Below are positions 42,336 through 56,207 of a stretch of DNA of 64,000 bases, piece by piece. The stretch spans positions 274,908,001 through 274,972,000 of the forward strand of contig OZ024742.1 of the NCBI GenBank assembly GCA_964016885.1, read 5' to 3'. This DNA is from Eledone cirrhosa (lineage: Eukaryota). The position numbers and the translations under genes are program-made. Every line of letters starts with the position of its first letter. Position 1 is the first letter of the stretch. Under the pieces are notes generated by a model that worked only from the letters and a program-made list of their open reading frames with translations, did not search any database and was not told where the DNA came from.

Positions 42336-43136
42336 TCGATAATTTTATTTTAGATACACACTCGAACGCCTTTGAACATAACGCTAAAGCAAGCAATATT
42401 TATTCAAATATCTTTAAAACACGAAGAACATCTGTGACAATTTTAAGAACAGCAACTGTCAACACACAGAAGGAAATCCTGCTTTTGTGCAATTTATATA
42501 AAATTAATCTCACTGGTACGTATTGAAAATCGTGTTATATATATATATATATATATATATATCATTGAGTTTCTTCTCTAACACACGGTACATTACTGCT
42601 TCTCGGCGTTGGCACATTGTCGACATACAGTGATATAAGACATGTCTTTATTTCCTGCTATCACTTTAATTAGTATCGTCAATTTTTCCTTGTGTCAAGT
42701 TCAGGTGAATGAAATAGAAAACACTTCTTGTATTTTTGCTTTTTATGAATGCGACGGACCTTATGTTTGTGATGTTAATTTTGTTCATGTTGAACTCATG
42801 ATTATTTTTCGAGGTGGCGGTGGTGATGGTATTGCGAATACATCCTTCCTTTTAATTTTCATCACTACCTAATTCTTACTGTTGACTTTCTTGTTTCTGT
42901 CGGCGCTAGTACTCTTGTAACAGTTATTATCCTTGTTTTTATTGCCGGTAAATGAGGTTTCAGGTATTTTGTGGTGGTCAGCAGAGCATAGTAATGGCAT
43001 TCAAGGATGGCAGCCCTGTTCGGCTCCAAATGAAACAATTTGACATACACCTACATATGATCAGGGCTTTTTTTTACCCAATTTTCTCATAGAGAAGTTA
43101 CGTACGAATTGAGTGTGACGGAGAGTTCAAAGAGCA

Positions 43137-43330
43137 ATAATAATAATTGTTTCTACTTTTGGCACAAGGCCAGCAATTAGCCAGTGCATTACTGGTACTT
43201 TATTTTATCGACCCCGTAAGGATGAAAGGCAAAGTCAACCTCGGCGGGATTTGAACTCAGATCATAAAGGGACGTAACTATGCTGGAAAGCATGGCGTCC
43301 GACCCTCTACCGATACTGCCAATCCACCGC
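43137..43330 (-). mobile_element. tRNA-headed SINE inserted in the (AAT)n tail of a LINE
   Basis: Full head-to-tail match to the other copies; AATAAT on both sides. Confidence 0.9.
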
Positions 43331-45810
43331 ATAATAATGATTTCTTTATTAGCAGCAAAGTTTTTACATCGAGAAAAACATGACAACACAGGACGATAAA
43401 AAGAAGAATCATCAACAGGGTGGAGACGTTCGAGAGTTATTCGTGGAAAATGACCCAATAAAACCATGGATTCCGTGATTTTTACGGTAAATGATTACCC
43501 CAGTTGTACTCCTCCAAACTACAGGCTCGCCCTCTGCGCGGGAACATTCCTCAGGCCATGCTCGCTTCTCACACCCACTTTTCAACAAATGGCTTTGAAG
43601 GCAGCACTTCTATCTGTACCACTGTTTTCCCCTCAAGTGGAACATGAAGAAGTTAACTAGGGCTTCTCTAAAGAGGAAACTGCTCATCTTCAAACGTTTC
43701 AAGCGTGTGCACCATACAATCTCTTTCGCCACAAAACATATAAAAATGGTCTGCCCATCTTGAATAAAAGAAGTTGGCGGGACATTCTTTACAATGGACT
43801 CGTTCGATAACCGAATTTGTCCTACACGCGACAGCAGGTATTCAACCCACAAGTCAGCAATGCTCGGTCACTGGACGATTGCGTGCAGGGCGGTTTCGTC
43901 GCTTTGCGTGCATCGCTGGCAGACGTGGCTGATTGAACTTCCATGTCTGTAGAGTTTATCTCGTGCTGGCAAAGCTCCTCAGTAGCAGTGCTAGGCTAGG
44001 GATTTGGGAAAATTATCCACGGGCCCTTGACCGAAAATACTCATAAAAAGAGTGGCTAGTTGATTTTCGCTAACGTCTAGAGTTTCCCCAAGAATGTCGT
44101 TACTTTTATCCGCCACTAATCATCTATAGAACGCCAAGGTGGAGATCTCATAGAAGATATTGCCCGATAGTTGAATGGCTGTAAGCGCCTGAAAACATTC
44201 CAGTTTCCACGGACTCTCCCTCGTCTCTGCTTGAACCAAGACTGTATCTCCGTTAAGGGTACGAGCTGGGGAAACATGCATCTGGTGAACGGTGACCACA
44301 CCTTAGACCATTAAGGAAGAGAGAGAGATGTCGTAGCCTCAGCGTATGTCTGCGCATCTTTAGCCACGGCATTCCCAGTCCTGCACGTAGTGGCTATTGA
44401 CGGCAAATGAACGGCCTGACCAGCAGAAAGACCCCCCCCCCCCACTAGAATCGGAAAAGCAAACGCTCCAGTGCAATCAGATCAGGTTTGGGACAAGACA
44501 CGACGGTTGAGTTGTAGTACCTGACGGACGCGATGGATGTGTTCGCCACCTCTGCCCTACCTTTCAAGGACATCTTTCTTTCGGTCCATTTATGGATGAG
44601 ATGGGCCACTCTGATTATCATCCCATCACAATTTCTGTCTATCTGTTGATCATGACCAAACCAGATCCCGCGCAATTTAACGAGCCCCTCCTTCTAGCAT
44701 CCGACTTCATTGTTTGACGGCAAGGCCCTTCCTCACCATATGCCGAATTGCAGTTCCACGAATTTTTCCTGGTTGATTTTCTTCTCCCATCAGCATTTCT
44801 ATTCCTTTAGAGCAGTACCGATCACCTCAATGTGTTTCGAGTTCGACATTACGACTGTGACGTCGTCGGCATAAGCCGATACAGATTTTCATGTCCTAGT
44901 TCACGCGGGATGCTCCTGAACGTCTCTAATTTGTGTAGTAATGGCTCGTGAGTCACATAAAAGAGGGACGAGAGAGGACTTCTTTGGCGGACCGAATGTA
45001 TGGTGTTGAACGGTTCTAAGATATAACAATTCAATCTTACCACGGAGCAGATGTTACTCTGTACAGCAGCTATACATTCTCTGAAAACTGGCCCAAAGCA
45101 TTCTGTTTTGATGTCGCCGCCAGGTAACGATGATTGACCCTATCAAATGGTTTGTTTTGATCCAAATGATCAGCGCCCCATCTGTGGCAGGTAATTTAGC
45201 CATCCTCTCTATGATGTATCGCATGAGATGGAGCTTGTCGTGGATGTATCTCTTGGGGATATCATATGTCTATGCCTCGCTTCCAAATCACGGACAACAA
45301 GCGAGGACCTTGGTCAAAATATTCAATCCTGCATTTAGCAGAATTATGGACCTAAATTTATTTATATTGTCCCCCATGTTCTGGTAGTGCCACCACTTTA
45401 CGGCTCACAGAACTGGGAATCCTCCAGTTCTGATGCCAGTTGCAGTAGACGCCTGCCAAGAGGTTCCCGAACAAGTATGTTATGTAAACGTAAAGATTGT
45501 AGGACAGATCATCCAGACGAGGCGATTTGGACCTCCTGCAGTCGGCTAATGACTCCTGTATCTCAGCGGCTGTTATTGGCTTTTCGCAATACTTCACTTC
45601 TATTGCCTCCTCTAGTTTTTAACTAGTTCTCCCTCTACTCTAGATATCTCTAATGGTACGGCTTTATTGATTCTACTCTTATCGTTCTTTTAAGGCATAC
45701 CACTAATTGTTGACGATTGCCACCGTCAACGCCTGCTTAACTAATTCACTAATCCTAGGTATTCAGCTTCCAGTATCCTGGTCCTTCCTTATGGGTTGTC
45801 TCTATCTATG
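43331..45810 (-). mobile_element. Old, 5'-truncated L1/Tx1-type LINE (paralogue of 59426-64000)
   Basis: Fragments CEKPITAAEI..KSPRLDDL, SVRQRSPLSSL, KMSLKGRAEVAN and WVEYLLSRVGQIRLS align with the ORF2 at 59730-63148. Confidence 0.9.
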
Positions 45811-47265
45811 TACCCGCAGTGGGCATCAGGGTTATGCCCTTCAGTTATTAAGGTATATCGTTCTATGTTGTCGGCTATACATCTAGTCCCCTTAGGTCTA
45901 CGTGATGCTGCTGTCTGAGCTGTACCACTACAACCAGGTCGGGTGTGTTCTCTGGCCGTACATGTCGTTGTCCTGTCCCTAGTCCCAGTTGCCGCGAAGC
46001 ATGGAGTGTGCGTGCCAGGCCCACGTCTCCGCGTACTGGGTGGTCTAGCTCCTATGGTGCCTTTGTCCTTCCAACGGTCGGTCCTGTGTCATTAATGTTA
46101 GCTGTGTTGCTGTTTGTGTTCCTAGAGACTGCTACCGGGTCATTTCTTCTACCTATGGAAGCGCTCCCGCTATTGCCGTTTCTGGACGCCTCGGCGCTTG
46201 GCTCTTCCCTGTCCGGGGTATACAGTATGGTGTCTGAGTAACCGGCCCTGCGCAGTGCCTCATTATAATATTCGACGTGCTGTCTAAACACGTCTGCTTT
46301 CGCCGACAGGCTGGATACGCGTTTGGATACCCCTTTAAATATAGCTTCTATGACTGACTTAGGGAGATTCGATTGCCTGATCACATAGGCAGGTTCTCGT
46401 TGGGCTTGTGATACGGTAGGTGGATGCCCGTATACATTTCCAGGGTAACGCTCAGGAAATTCACCGTCTTAGTGCTAGGATCTATTGTCACGGATAAGCC
46501 GTGTTGTTTAAAAAAATGCGATATGTGCTTCCTCATACGCTCCATCTGGCTGGGGTTTAGGGAACGGAAGGTGAAAAGTGCGTCGTCTCTGTATATCCCA
46601 CCGCCGATCCCCGGAATCGCTTCCGTTAACCTATGGATGAGATGTATCCCCCACAAGGTCGGTCACCTGCGGCGAATCGCTCGACCCCATGGTGATGTCG
46701 AAACTGTCGGGTCTGTCCCTCCTCTCCCATAACTTGTCTTCGAATCTAAATAGCGTCTTTCTGGCTGCTACTATGAGGTTGGTCTAGTCCCTAGTGAGGC
46801 TAGATCTGGCCATGGCGCTCATTAGGGCCTTATTGACTAGTATCGGAGATACTGACGCGTAATAATTATCTATGTCTAACTGAAAATTTACTTGTTGCTT
46901 GACACCTACTAACGAGAACCAGTCAATTACCTCCTTAGTGAAGGTCCATAGGCTAAGCCTAGTTTTGTTTCTAAGTACCGGTAGTATCCTGTCTATGATA
47001 TTCTTGCTGGTTCTTCCTAATTAAGATTTTGAGGATGCTATTAACCTAACCGGTAGATTAGTTCTAAAGTCTAATTTATGGTCCTTAATAGATATCTGTG
47101 GTTTTCTAGGTACATATACCTCGGTCCTATCATCTAATCCTAGCCCCGTCAGTATATTTTTTTGTCGTTGCGTTAATATTATCTAAATTTGTCTGTCCTG
47201 TGGTCCTATAGTTTTTCCTAATCTCTTTCCCGAGGCAGTCGTTGTATGTAAAACGGTCAAGCATG
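45811..47265 (-). mobile_element. Naiad-type PLE RT fragment
   Basis: ISIKDHK.DF..NLPVRLI, FDITMGSSDSPQV, GGIYRDDALF, VNFLSVTL, SNLPKSV..YYNEALRRAGY; frameshifted. Confidence 0.88.
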
Positions 47266-47269
47266 TGCG

Positions 47270-47300
<31 letters not shown>

Positions 47301-47321
47301 GTATATATATATATATGAAAT

Positions 47322-50300
47322 ATATGAAATATAAGAATCAAAGGTCACTGATTTGGTCGGCCTATACCTCCTCAATGAAATCCATAAGGACCTCCCTTAC
47401 CTCAACGGTGGTTTGTACCGCGATGATGCACTTCTACTTATAGAATATAAAACATTTAATATAGAAAGAACTAGAAAACAACTGCATAAGACATTCAAAA
47501 ACTTTAACCTTAGTATCACCATGGACAAAAACACTAAAAATGTTAACTTCCTAGACGCCACACTATACCTAGACTCAAAAATATATACACCTTTCCATAA
47601 GCCTAATGAGAAACTTATTTACGTAGATACCAAGTCTAATCACCCTAGATCAATATTAAACTCTATCTCTAAGGGGGTGTCCAATAGAATCTCTAGTCTG
47701 TCCTATGACGCAAACATATTTAGCAAAAACTCACAATATTACAATCAAGCATTAGCTAGCTCCGGCCATAATATAGAAATTGAGTTCCTACCTAAGAAAA
47801 CACATAGCTACAACATCATCTCGCACAGCATGTCCATGAGGAAATCTAATAATAGGAATAGCAACCACAAGTACACCAAAGCGGAGGGTGCCACCGGAAG
47901 TAACCATTACCATGGAAACTACTGTGGGGCCTTAGGAGGAAGCAACACACCAAACACTAAAAGCAAAAATAGAAGAAGAAATAATACATTTTTCAACCCT
48001 CCTTTCAACCTAAATGTCTCCACCAACATACCTAGGGCTTTCTTCTCACTACTAGATAAAAACTTCCCTCTAGGACAACCTCTTAAACAAAAACACCATT
48101 AAAATCTCATACTCTACGACGCCTAACTTAGCATACCACATAGCTAGCAGCAATAATAGTAAAATTAGTTCTTACTTCCAACAAACAAAATCACAACGGG
48201 ATGCAAACCCTCTAAATACCACTGTAGCAAGCAACCATAGCAACGGCAGTAACAATAGAAATAACACTAGTATAAGTAATAACACCAGGGTTGTCAACCC
48301 GAACACCCAAAATCCTATATCTACCACACAGACTTCCGCATTGCATTATAACCAGCGGACCAACGCACAGGATAATTGTAACTGTAGAGCTAATAGAACC
48401 TGCCCTTTAGATAAAAAATGCCTAACCAAGGATGTCATATACTCATGCACCGTCACGACTAATAACTCTTCAGAAACCTATGTAGGCTCCACTTCTAACT
48501 GCTTCAAAATCAGATATAATTCGCACATCCACTCGTTCAAAAAGCACAGCCTAGCCAACTCCACCTCACTTTCTAGCTACATACACTATCTAAAATCTAA
48601 AAATAAACCATACACACTCAAATGGGAAGTGATAGGCAGCGCGACCTCGTACAAACCACCTAATAAATTCTGTAACCTCTGTATACTAGAGACACACAAT
48701 ATTATCTTCTCCAACCGTAACCTACTTAACAAAAAATCTGAGGTGTTTGCAACTTGCCAGCACCGCTTCAGACATTCCTTCCAAAACTTTAAGCCCAATA
48801 TATAGCAATGTCGGACTGGAACCTAACACCACATCTAGCATCAAACACCAGAGACACACCTTATACTACATACCCAACACTAACTGATCCATTATAACAC
48901 AAACAACGACATCCCTCTGGAACCCTTCGCAGGGAGAATACCCATTTATACCTCTACGGCAGGTGTGACAACATCCACCCACTTGAACGGCACTACACCG
49001 CTCTAAGGGTAATTTGAGCATGAATTGATCGGTTGGATAGTGTTGTGCAGAGGAAACACCTTCCTTAGACGGATGTAAAATGATTTATTCGAGTAGCGCT
49101 GTTGACCAGTAGGACCGGACTGCTAAGCGCAGTGAGTGAATGCATTGCAACTGCCGTGCGGGTTGTACGTATATGGATGATCTGACGGTCAGTGAGGGGT
49201 CGCGAGGACTGCGGATTGACCTTTAGCCGGCCTGGGGATGATTATCTTTCGACATCAAATGTAGCAAGCGATGACCCAGATCCTACCAGAGATCATTGGG
49301 TCCTGAAGCAAGCCTGCAATCACCGCGCCTGGTCATATGAGCAGACTACAACCACAGAGATCATTAATTTAGAATCCTCGCTCATCATCTATAATTTCCA
49401 TTTGTGGCACCTTAAGATGGGTTAATCCACCATAATAATATGATCACCTTCAGCATAACTTAATTAAACTACTCTATAGTTAATACACTTTATGCTTTAA
49501 AAATCTCTCTTAGAAGATGCGCATCACCATAGAATTTAGGGTCTATATTGGGACACATTTTAATGGCTAGATATAGAAACCCCAGAGTTACCTCCCCGCA
49601 TGCATTAACTCCCCTTAGCCACACACACACTTCCGGGCGGTATTCAATGGCGTTTCTAGAAACGTAACAACCTCCTGTATCGAACTAAAGAACACCAGAC
49701 TACGATCTCTAACTGGATTGTCGTGGATTATGTGAAGGGCATATAATCGAAAAATACACTCCCCTGACCATGAAAATGCCGAAGTACATGAAATACTTGA
49801 CATCCCTGCGCTGTGCATCTCCATTACTTATAACACTTTTAATGCTTGCACTACCTTTAATGCTTATAATATTTCTCCACACACAGACTATATCAATCAT
49901 ATAAAGAATTTGCCACCAGATCTACCAACCTAACACTCTTATTTACCTACCTAAGTGCCTCTACCACACATATCTCTCTGCCACACTATATAAACAAGAC
50001 GCACATGCGTGCCACACATATAACATTTGCACTATATAACCGCTTATCTTCATGTTGTATTTTAACCTATATTTTTGATTTTTGATTGTACCTATTAATA
50101 TAAATGTAATCTCGAAGTGTGTACTGCCACTCTAAATTCTGTAATGAATGTTGACCCACAATGTTTGAATATGTATCAATGTTTGAATATGTATTGGTAT
50201 GTCTCTCGGCTGAAAAGGAGGTCATATAACTGTCCATGCATTAATAAATTGCTCCGAAGAATCCAAACCTCGGTTTGGAGGAAACAGCTGTAAGCACAAT

Positions 50301-50500
50301 AATGTTTTGAACAGTTCTTTGATTCTTATATTTCATATAACTGCTCTGTAAATCATCTGATGTTTTTACATTGAGCTACTTAACTTACTGGTAATAAGGT
50401 AGTAATACAATACTGCCTACCACTATTTAGGGTGTGTGTAAAATACTTACAACTGCTTAAGGTTTTGTATTTACATAACCATAAATAGTATAACTAATAC
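47322..50500 (+). mobile_element. 5'-truncated Naiad-type PLE with a long 3' UTR and terminal hammerhead
   Basis: GGLYRDDALL..SNHP (47353-48102) and CNCRANRTCPLDKKC..YVGST..CNLC..CQHR (48341-48805). 47323-47343 is an inverted copy of 50318-50338. Confidence 0.92.
50250..50296 (+). ncRNA. Type I hammerhead with a U4C change
   Basis: TGCT-CCGAAGA-ATCCAAACC(TC)GGTTTGGAG-GAA-ACAGCTGT-A^AGCA. Confidence 0.75.
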
Positions 50501-51460
50501 TATATATATATATATGTATATGTATATATATGTGGGTATGTGTATGCATGTAGAGTTATATATATATCTAGTATGTGTGTATGTATTTATGTGTATGTAT
50601 GTGTATGTTATATATATATGTAGTATGTGTGTATGTATTTATATGTATGTATGTGTATGTATATATATATATGTATATATGAATATGCGTAGGTATATGT
50701 GTGTGCGTATGTGTGTGTCTATATGTATGTATGTGTGTATACGTACGCATATAGACATATGTGTGTATAGGTATGTATGTGTATGTGTGTATATATATGT
50801 GTATATATACATGTGTTTGTGTATACATATGTCTATATATGTATGTGTGTGTGTGTGTGTCTATATACAAACATATATATACATGGTGTATGTATCTGTC
50901 AGTGGGTGTGTGTGTGGTGCGTACGTAAACACACATAGGACAGGGTTTGTCTATATGTTTATATGCGGGTACAGGTACTTGTGTGTAGATATATGTACAG
51001 GTCTCTATCTGTACGTGTATGTGGGCTTATGTCTTTGGAAGTGTGTCTGTCCTATGCCTATCCATAAGGATATTCGTGTATGTGCGTGTGTGTGTCTATG
51101 TATGTGTCTGAGAGTGTTTGTGTATATATGTGCAGATGTGCCTGAACGCCGATATGTGTCTTTGTATGCGTGTACGTGTGTGTCTGCGCGTGTGTGTACG
51201 TGTGCGTGCGTGTGAGACCGGATGTAAGGGGCTGTATAGGCAGGCGCCAATAGACATGTGGTGGTCTGTATGTCGGTGTGGTTGTGCATGAGTATGTGTA
51301 AGAGAGGGAGAGTGTGTGTGTGTATATGTGCATGGGGTATGTGTGTCTACACATGTGTGCGTACATATGTGTATGCATGCATGTGTGCGTGCCTGCGTGT
51401 GGGTATGTATGTGTGTGTATTTGTGTGTGTGTGTGTATATGTGGGTACATACTCGGGAGT
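50500..51460. repeat. Complex (TA)/(TG) microsatellite
   Basis: Directly visible; source of spurious VCMY/HTY ORFs. Confidence 0.9.
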
Positions 51461-51913
51461 GTGAACAAACGTGTGAGATACCAAACCCAGCATGGCTCCA
51501 TTGAAGTGTGTCGGACGGAAAATGGCTGATGACCAGTGTAGCAGTAAATACTGACCAGAATTTATGATGACGTAGAAAAACAACAGCCAATGGCATGACA
51601 AGTGTGGAAGATGTTTTTTGAAGGGGTTTTGTGATGATAACACCCCAGTGAGAAAATTTGCTCCGAATGAATTGCATGTGTCCGAACGAATCTGCAGCCG
51701 TAGAATCAGCCAGATCCATACAGTGATCATGTCTCAAGCTACCTACCGGCGAAACAATTGTAACACACAATAAACTGCTCTGTAAGAATATTGAGTGCTA
51801 ATTACGGCATACCGCCTAAGGAAGCACCATAGCTACCATTATACACACGTATATATATATATATATATATCGTTTCTGAATTTGTTTGGCAACACGACCC
51901 TCCCAAAGTATAT

Positions 51914-51960
<47 letters not shown>

Positions 51961-53912
51961 AAAGTATGTCCATAGTATCATTTGATAAAATATATACATT
52001 ATTTCCTCTCCCAATCAGCATAATCAACCACACAAAAAAACAATTAAACAAGGCTATAAGATTAAAAGGCACCTATGAAGAAATAATAGATAAATAAACG
52101 ACAGCTATCTATCCGCGATCAACAGCTATAGAATATTTACCCACCATTTCTAATAGCACGTGGAAATCGATTAAATATATCGGCAACCATACACAATTTG
52201 GTATAAAATCAAAGTTAGAAGAAAAAAAGTATATAAACATACCAAAATTATGTTTCTACCCCATGAGATTTCATTCGCTTTTTGGAAATATCCGATCAAG
52301 AATATATATATATATTTTACAAAATGAAAAAAAAAACGATGTGTACTACACGAGTGAAAGTATAAGGAAAAAGGATGAAATCGAAAATGCAACTGGAGTC
52401 TTTTTAAAAAAAATATGTATATATATGTGTGTGTAGGGGTGGGGGTGGGGGGATGTATGTATGTATCTATATATATATATATGTGTGTGTGTGTATGTGT
52501 GTGTGTTGGTTATGAATCGAAGTTTCAGCTTACATATGGCAGGTACTAACCGAGGTCTTTGAGGACATCACAAACAACTCAATGGATCGAGAAACTAAAC
52601 ATTATCGTCCAGTGTAAAACACAACATTTATAAAGTGTGACACCAAGAAAAATGACTGAATGCGATGGCCATAATTATAGTACACCAACGATGAATACAA
52701 ATATTTTGGACACTAACCTGGACTATCTGGAGTCGATTACAATCAATAAAAATCGATAAAAATATTCGATAGGTTTCAAACGTTGCATAATTCATATGCA
52801 AATCTTGCGTGTATCTCTATGATGTAATTGGAATTCCCGTCTTTCGTACATTTTGTTCCCCTATGTTCCTCGAAATGTCGGTCTGTTGACGTAGGCATTT
52901 TACTATAGTAGGATTGTTCCTGTGTGGTCGCGTGACCTCTCCTAAAATAGTAGGTCAGGTTGGCCGAATTGTTGGCGTTATTTTCAGTGTGTGAGAAGAA
53001 AGGGTTACTCACAACCTCAAAGGTAAAGCTCTCCACTAGTGTTTTTAAACAAAAGAACTAACATATTATCGATTGTATGCCATAATCTAGGTGTATAATA
53101 ATATTGGATATGAATCGTTGCAGCCGCTGTATAGGCATCTTCAAAGCACTTATTGGATCGAAAAGCTAAACATTATCGTCTATAATATATAGATATGTAT
53201 ACAATTATTTATTTATTTATATATATAGTATAAATAATTGTTTCTACTTTTGGCACAAGGCCAGAAATTACGACCATTGGTTTCGGGGCCCAATTACCAG
53301 TTATGGCCACCACTACATATTTGATGAGGCTCTTCCAAATTGACCCGAATCTGGCACGAGGACAAATATACGGAAAAGGAAGATCCTTCTTGAGCAATTT
53401 GGGCATTTCTCCACAGTGCAGGAACACATTGTCTGGCGGCTAATAGAAAAATAAGTACCCCCACCTTGATACCCCATCTTACCGTATTCTTCCTAGCAGC
53501 CTCAGCCAAGGGAATCAAATATTTTAGATGATTAGCACGCAACTCATAATACATACAGTTAAATTATGTCTGACAGTTCAAGCATTGCGGAATTACTTCC
53601 CTTGTTTCCAATATGAACGTCTTAATTGATTGAACTTCCTTATACGTCTATTTATCCTAGTGCCCGATGAGGGGTCTTTTTGGAAGAGCATCCTCCAATG
53701 TAGGGTATTGGCCATAATTAGGCCCCAGATCCAATGGTCGCACAAACATATTAAGTATATATAACACTATTTATGCTAAATAGACTGAAATAGACTGAGC
53801 ATTGTTCTCCTTGACCTTTCATCTACAGAACCCTTCATATGAATGTATATATATATATATATATGCGACATTTAAAGCTACAACATACCCGCTAAGGCTA
53901 AGAACGAAAGAC

Positions 53913-54015
53913 TTGCTGAAGAAGTAAATCCTATGTTCTGTCGTCAAAAACCATTATATTGCAGACTCCTGCAATAGGAATTTGTCGAGTTTGGATTTGC
54001 AGAAACTTAGCGCTG
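53913..54015 (+). ncRNA. Decayed hammerhead with long stem II
   Basis: CTGAAGA-A-GTAAATCC...GGATTTGC-A-GAAACTTAG; the cleavage triplet and stem I are degenerate. Confidence 0.45.
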
Positions 54016-54306
54016 ATGTTGGATACTATATGTGACGTATATTGTTGATATACGATGTAAGTTATATATTTTGCACTCAGCCTCACCGCTATGTCCGGGT
54101 CAGTATAAAATCTTTTCCTGGGTCCTGTATTTTCGTTGCTCTAGTGATGCGGCTGGACTGCCGACCGCTATATCTGATTTGCTAAGCTGTCTGAACGTAA
54201 TGTTATTACTCTGGGGTCTTCCCTCATCTGAGTGCTTAGCTACAGACCGATTATGCATATACGCTAGCTTGGTCGTATTCTAAAACTTCGTCAATGCTGT
54301 GCTAAA

Positions 54307-54430
<124 letters not shown>

Positions 54431-54567
54431 GTATATATATATATATATATATTAATAAGAGGAATTCCAACTTTGTCTGATTTACTCGTTTTATTTACAA
54501 TCCTTTAAAATTTATAATGGTATTATAATGAAATAGTATGATAGAATATTAAATGTTAAGTGTTAAT

Positions 54568-54606
54568 TGAACAAGTACTTTCATGCTTTCGCAATCTTCA
54601 GGTTCA
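54568..54606 (-). ncRNA. Minimal type I hammerhead ribozyme
   Basis: TGAAC-CTGAAGA-TTGC(GAAA)GCAT-GAA-AGTACT-T^GTTCA. Confidence 0.8.
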
Positions 54607-54647
54607 TAACGTGTGGTGACAGTCATGTTTGCAATTTTCAACTGTGT

Positions 54648-54733
<86 letters not shown>

Positions 54734-55395
54734 ATAACACAGTTGAAAATTGCAAACATGACTGTCACCACACGTTATGAACCTGAAGATATATATAATG
54801 TATAATAAACAATACTGTTTATTATAAACAATATTGTATAATTATAAACAATATTGTTTATACTGTTTATTATAAACAATATTGTTTATTATACATTAAA
54901 ATTAGCTCTGATACTTACATAGAGCACTCTTCACTCCTATGACTTTTTCAATTTTCAACGGAAACTTCAATACTTATATATATTGTATTTATTTACTTAC
55001 TCTTGGCGCAGCAGATTTGAAAAAAATTCCCGGTATAAGGTTAGCATTTCTTTGTGTATTTTTTATATATGAATATTGATTGTTCCTTATATCTCATTCT
55101 GTTATTTTGCCCGAGAAAATATCTGTATGTGTCATCAAATGTTGTACACACATACATATTTTTTCAATTTCCAATTGAGTTCTTAGCACGTGGCCTGAAT
55201 TCCTTTCAGAGTTCATTGTCACGCGCATGTATTGTTTTTTTTTGGCGGTAATTTACTTCTTCATTTTTTGAATCAGTTCGAGCACTTCTTTCAGAACTGC
55301 TGGACTGGCTAGCTGACAGATACCTCAGGCACAGAATGTGATTATCGCTAAATGCTGATGTTGGTTAGATTATCAATATTAGTATTATTTGGGCA

Positions 55396-55522
55396 CCCAC
55401 TGATGAATTATAGGAGCCCACTTGAATATATATCTATTGATGGTATACAAGCTCCTACATAAATTGGTATAATTTCACCCAAATTGTAGGAGTCCTATAA
55501 TGAAACGAGACGTCCATCTGGG
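55396..55522 (+). ncRNA. Hammerhead with a branched, about 95-nt stem II
   Basis: CCCA-CTGATGA-ATTATAGGA..(CTCCTACA/TGTAGGAG)..TCCTATAAT-GAAA-CGAGACGTCCA-TC^TGGG. Confidence 0.65.
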
Positions 55523-55693
55523 AAGAGATATATTAGATATGTCTCATTTGAAATAATACAGCCAATTTTCCACGCAATACTTTTAGTTAGCACCCCGAAC
55601 ACATAATTGGGAATATAATCACTTATTTCCTAATGTTTGTTGAGTGAGTTGGAATTTGGCCGGAGTATCGCTAAAAAGCTTTCTCAGATATTG

Positions 55694-55737
<44 letters not shown>

Positions 55738-56129
55738 TCGGGAAAAAGTGACGGCTGAGATATGGGCGTTTCAACAGCTAGATCCGGTATCTCTTAAACA
55801 CTCTATTACCCCCTTTACGTACTCTCGTGAGTAATTGTCGCACAGGATATTTTACCGCCTCCATTCTAATTATATCTATCTACCTATCTCTCTCTAAATA
55901 TATAAAAGATCGGAGACCATATTCAGTTGATTCAGGTTTATTTAAAACTCTGTTATACATATTCCACTGACGATTATCAGTTAAGATAGTCTAAACTCTT
56001 CAGACGGCAAAACCTATAATAAACATTGAAAATTTCTAATGAACCATTAAATTTGGAAAAAACACATACTTTCATGATACAGGGGCCGGGTCGAACGCAT
56101 GGTGTTGTTTCTTCGACGGAGGGCCCTTG

Positions 56130-56205
<76 letters not shown>

Positions 56206-56207
<2 letters not shown>

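Noticed and set aside
42865-43050. Host exon on the minus strand (VYVKLFHLEPNRAA..)
   Set aside because: Weak acceptor context; alternative frames resemble a decayed Naiad thumb and Asn-rich linker.
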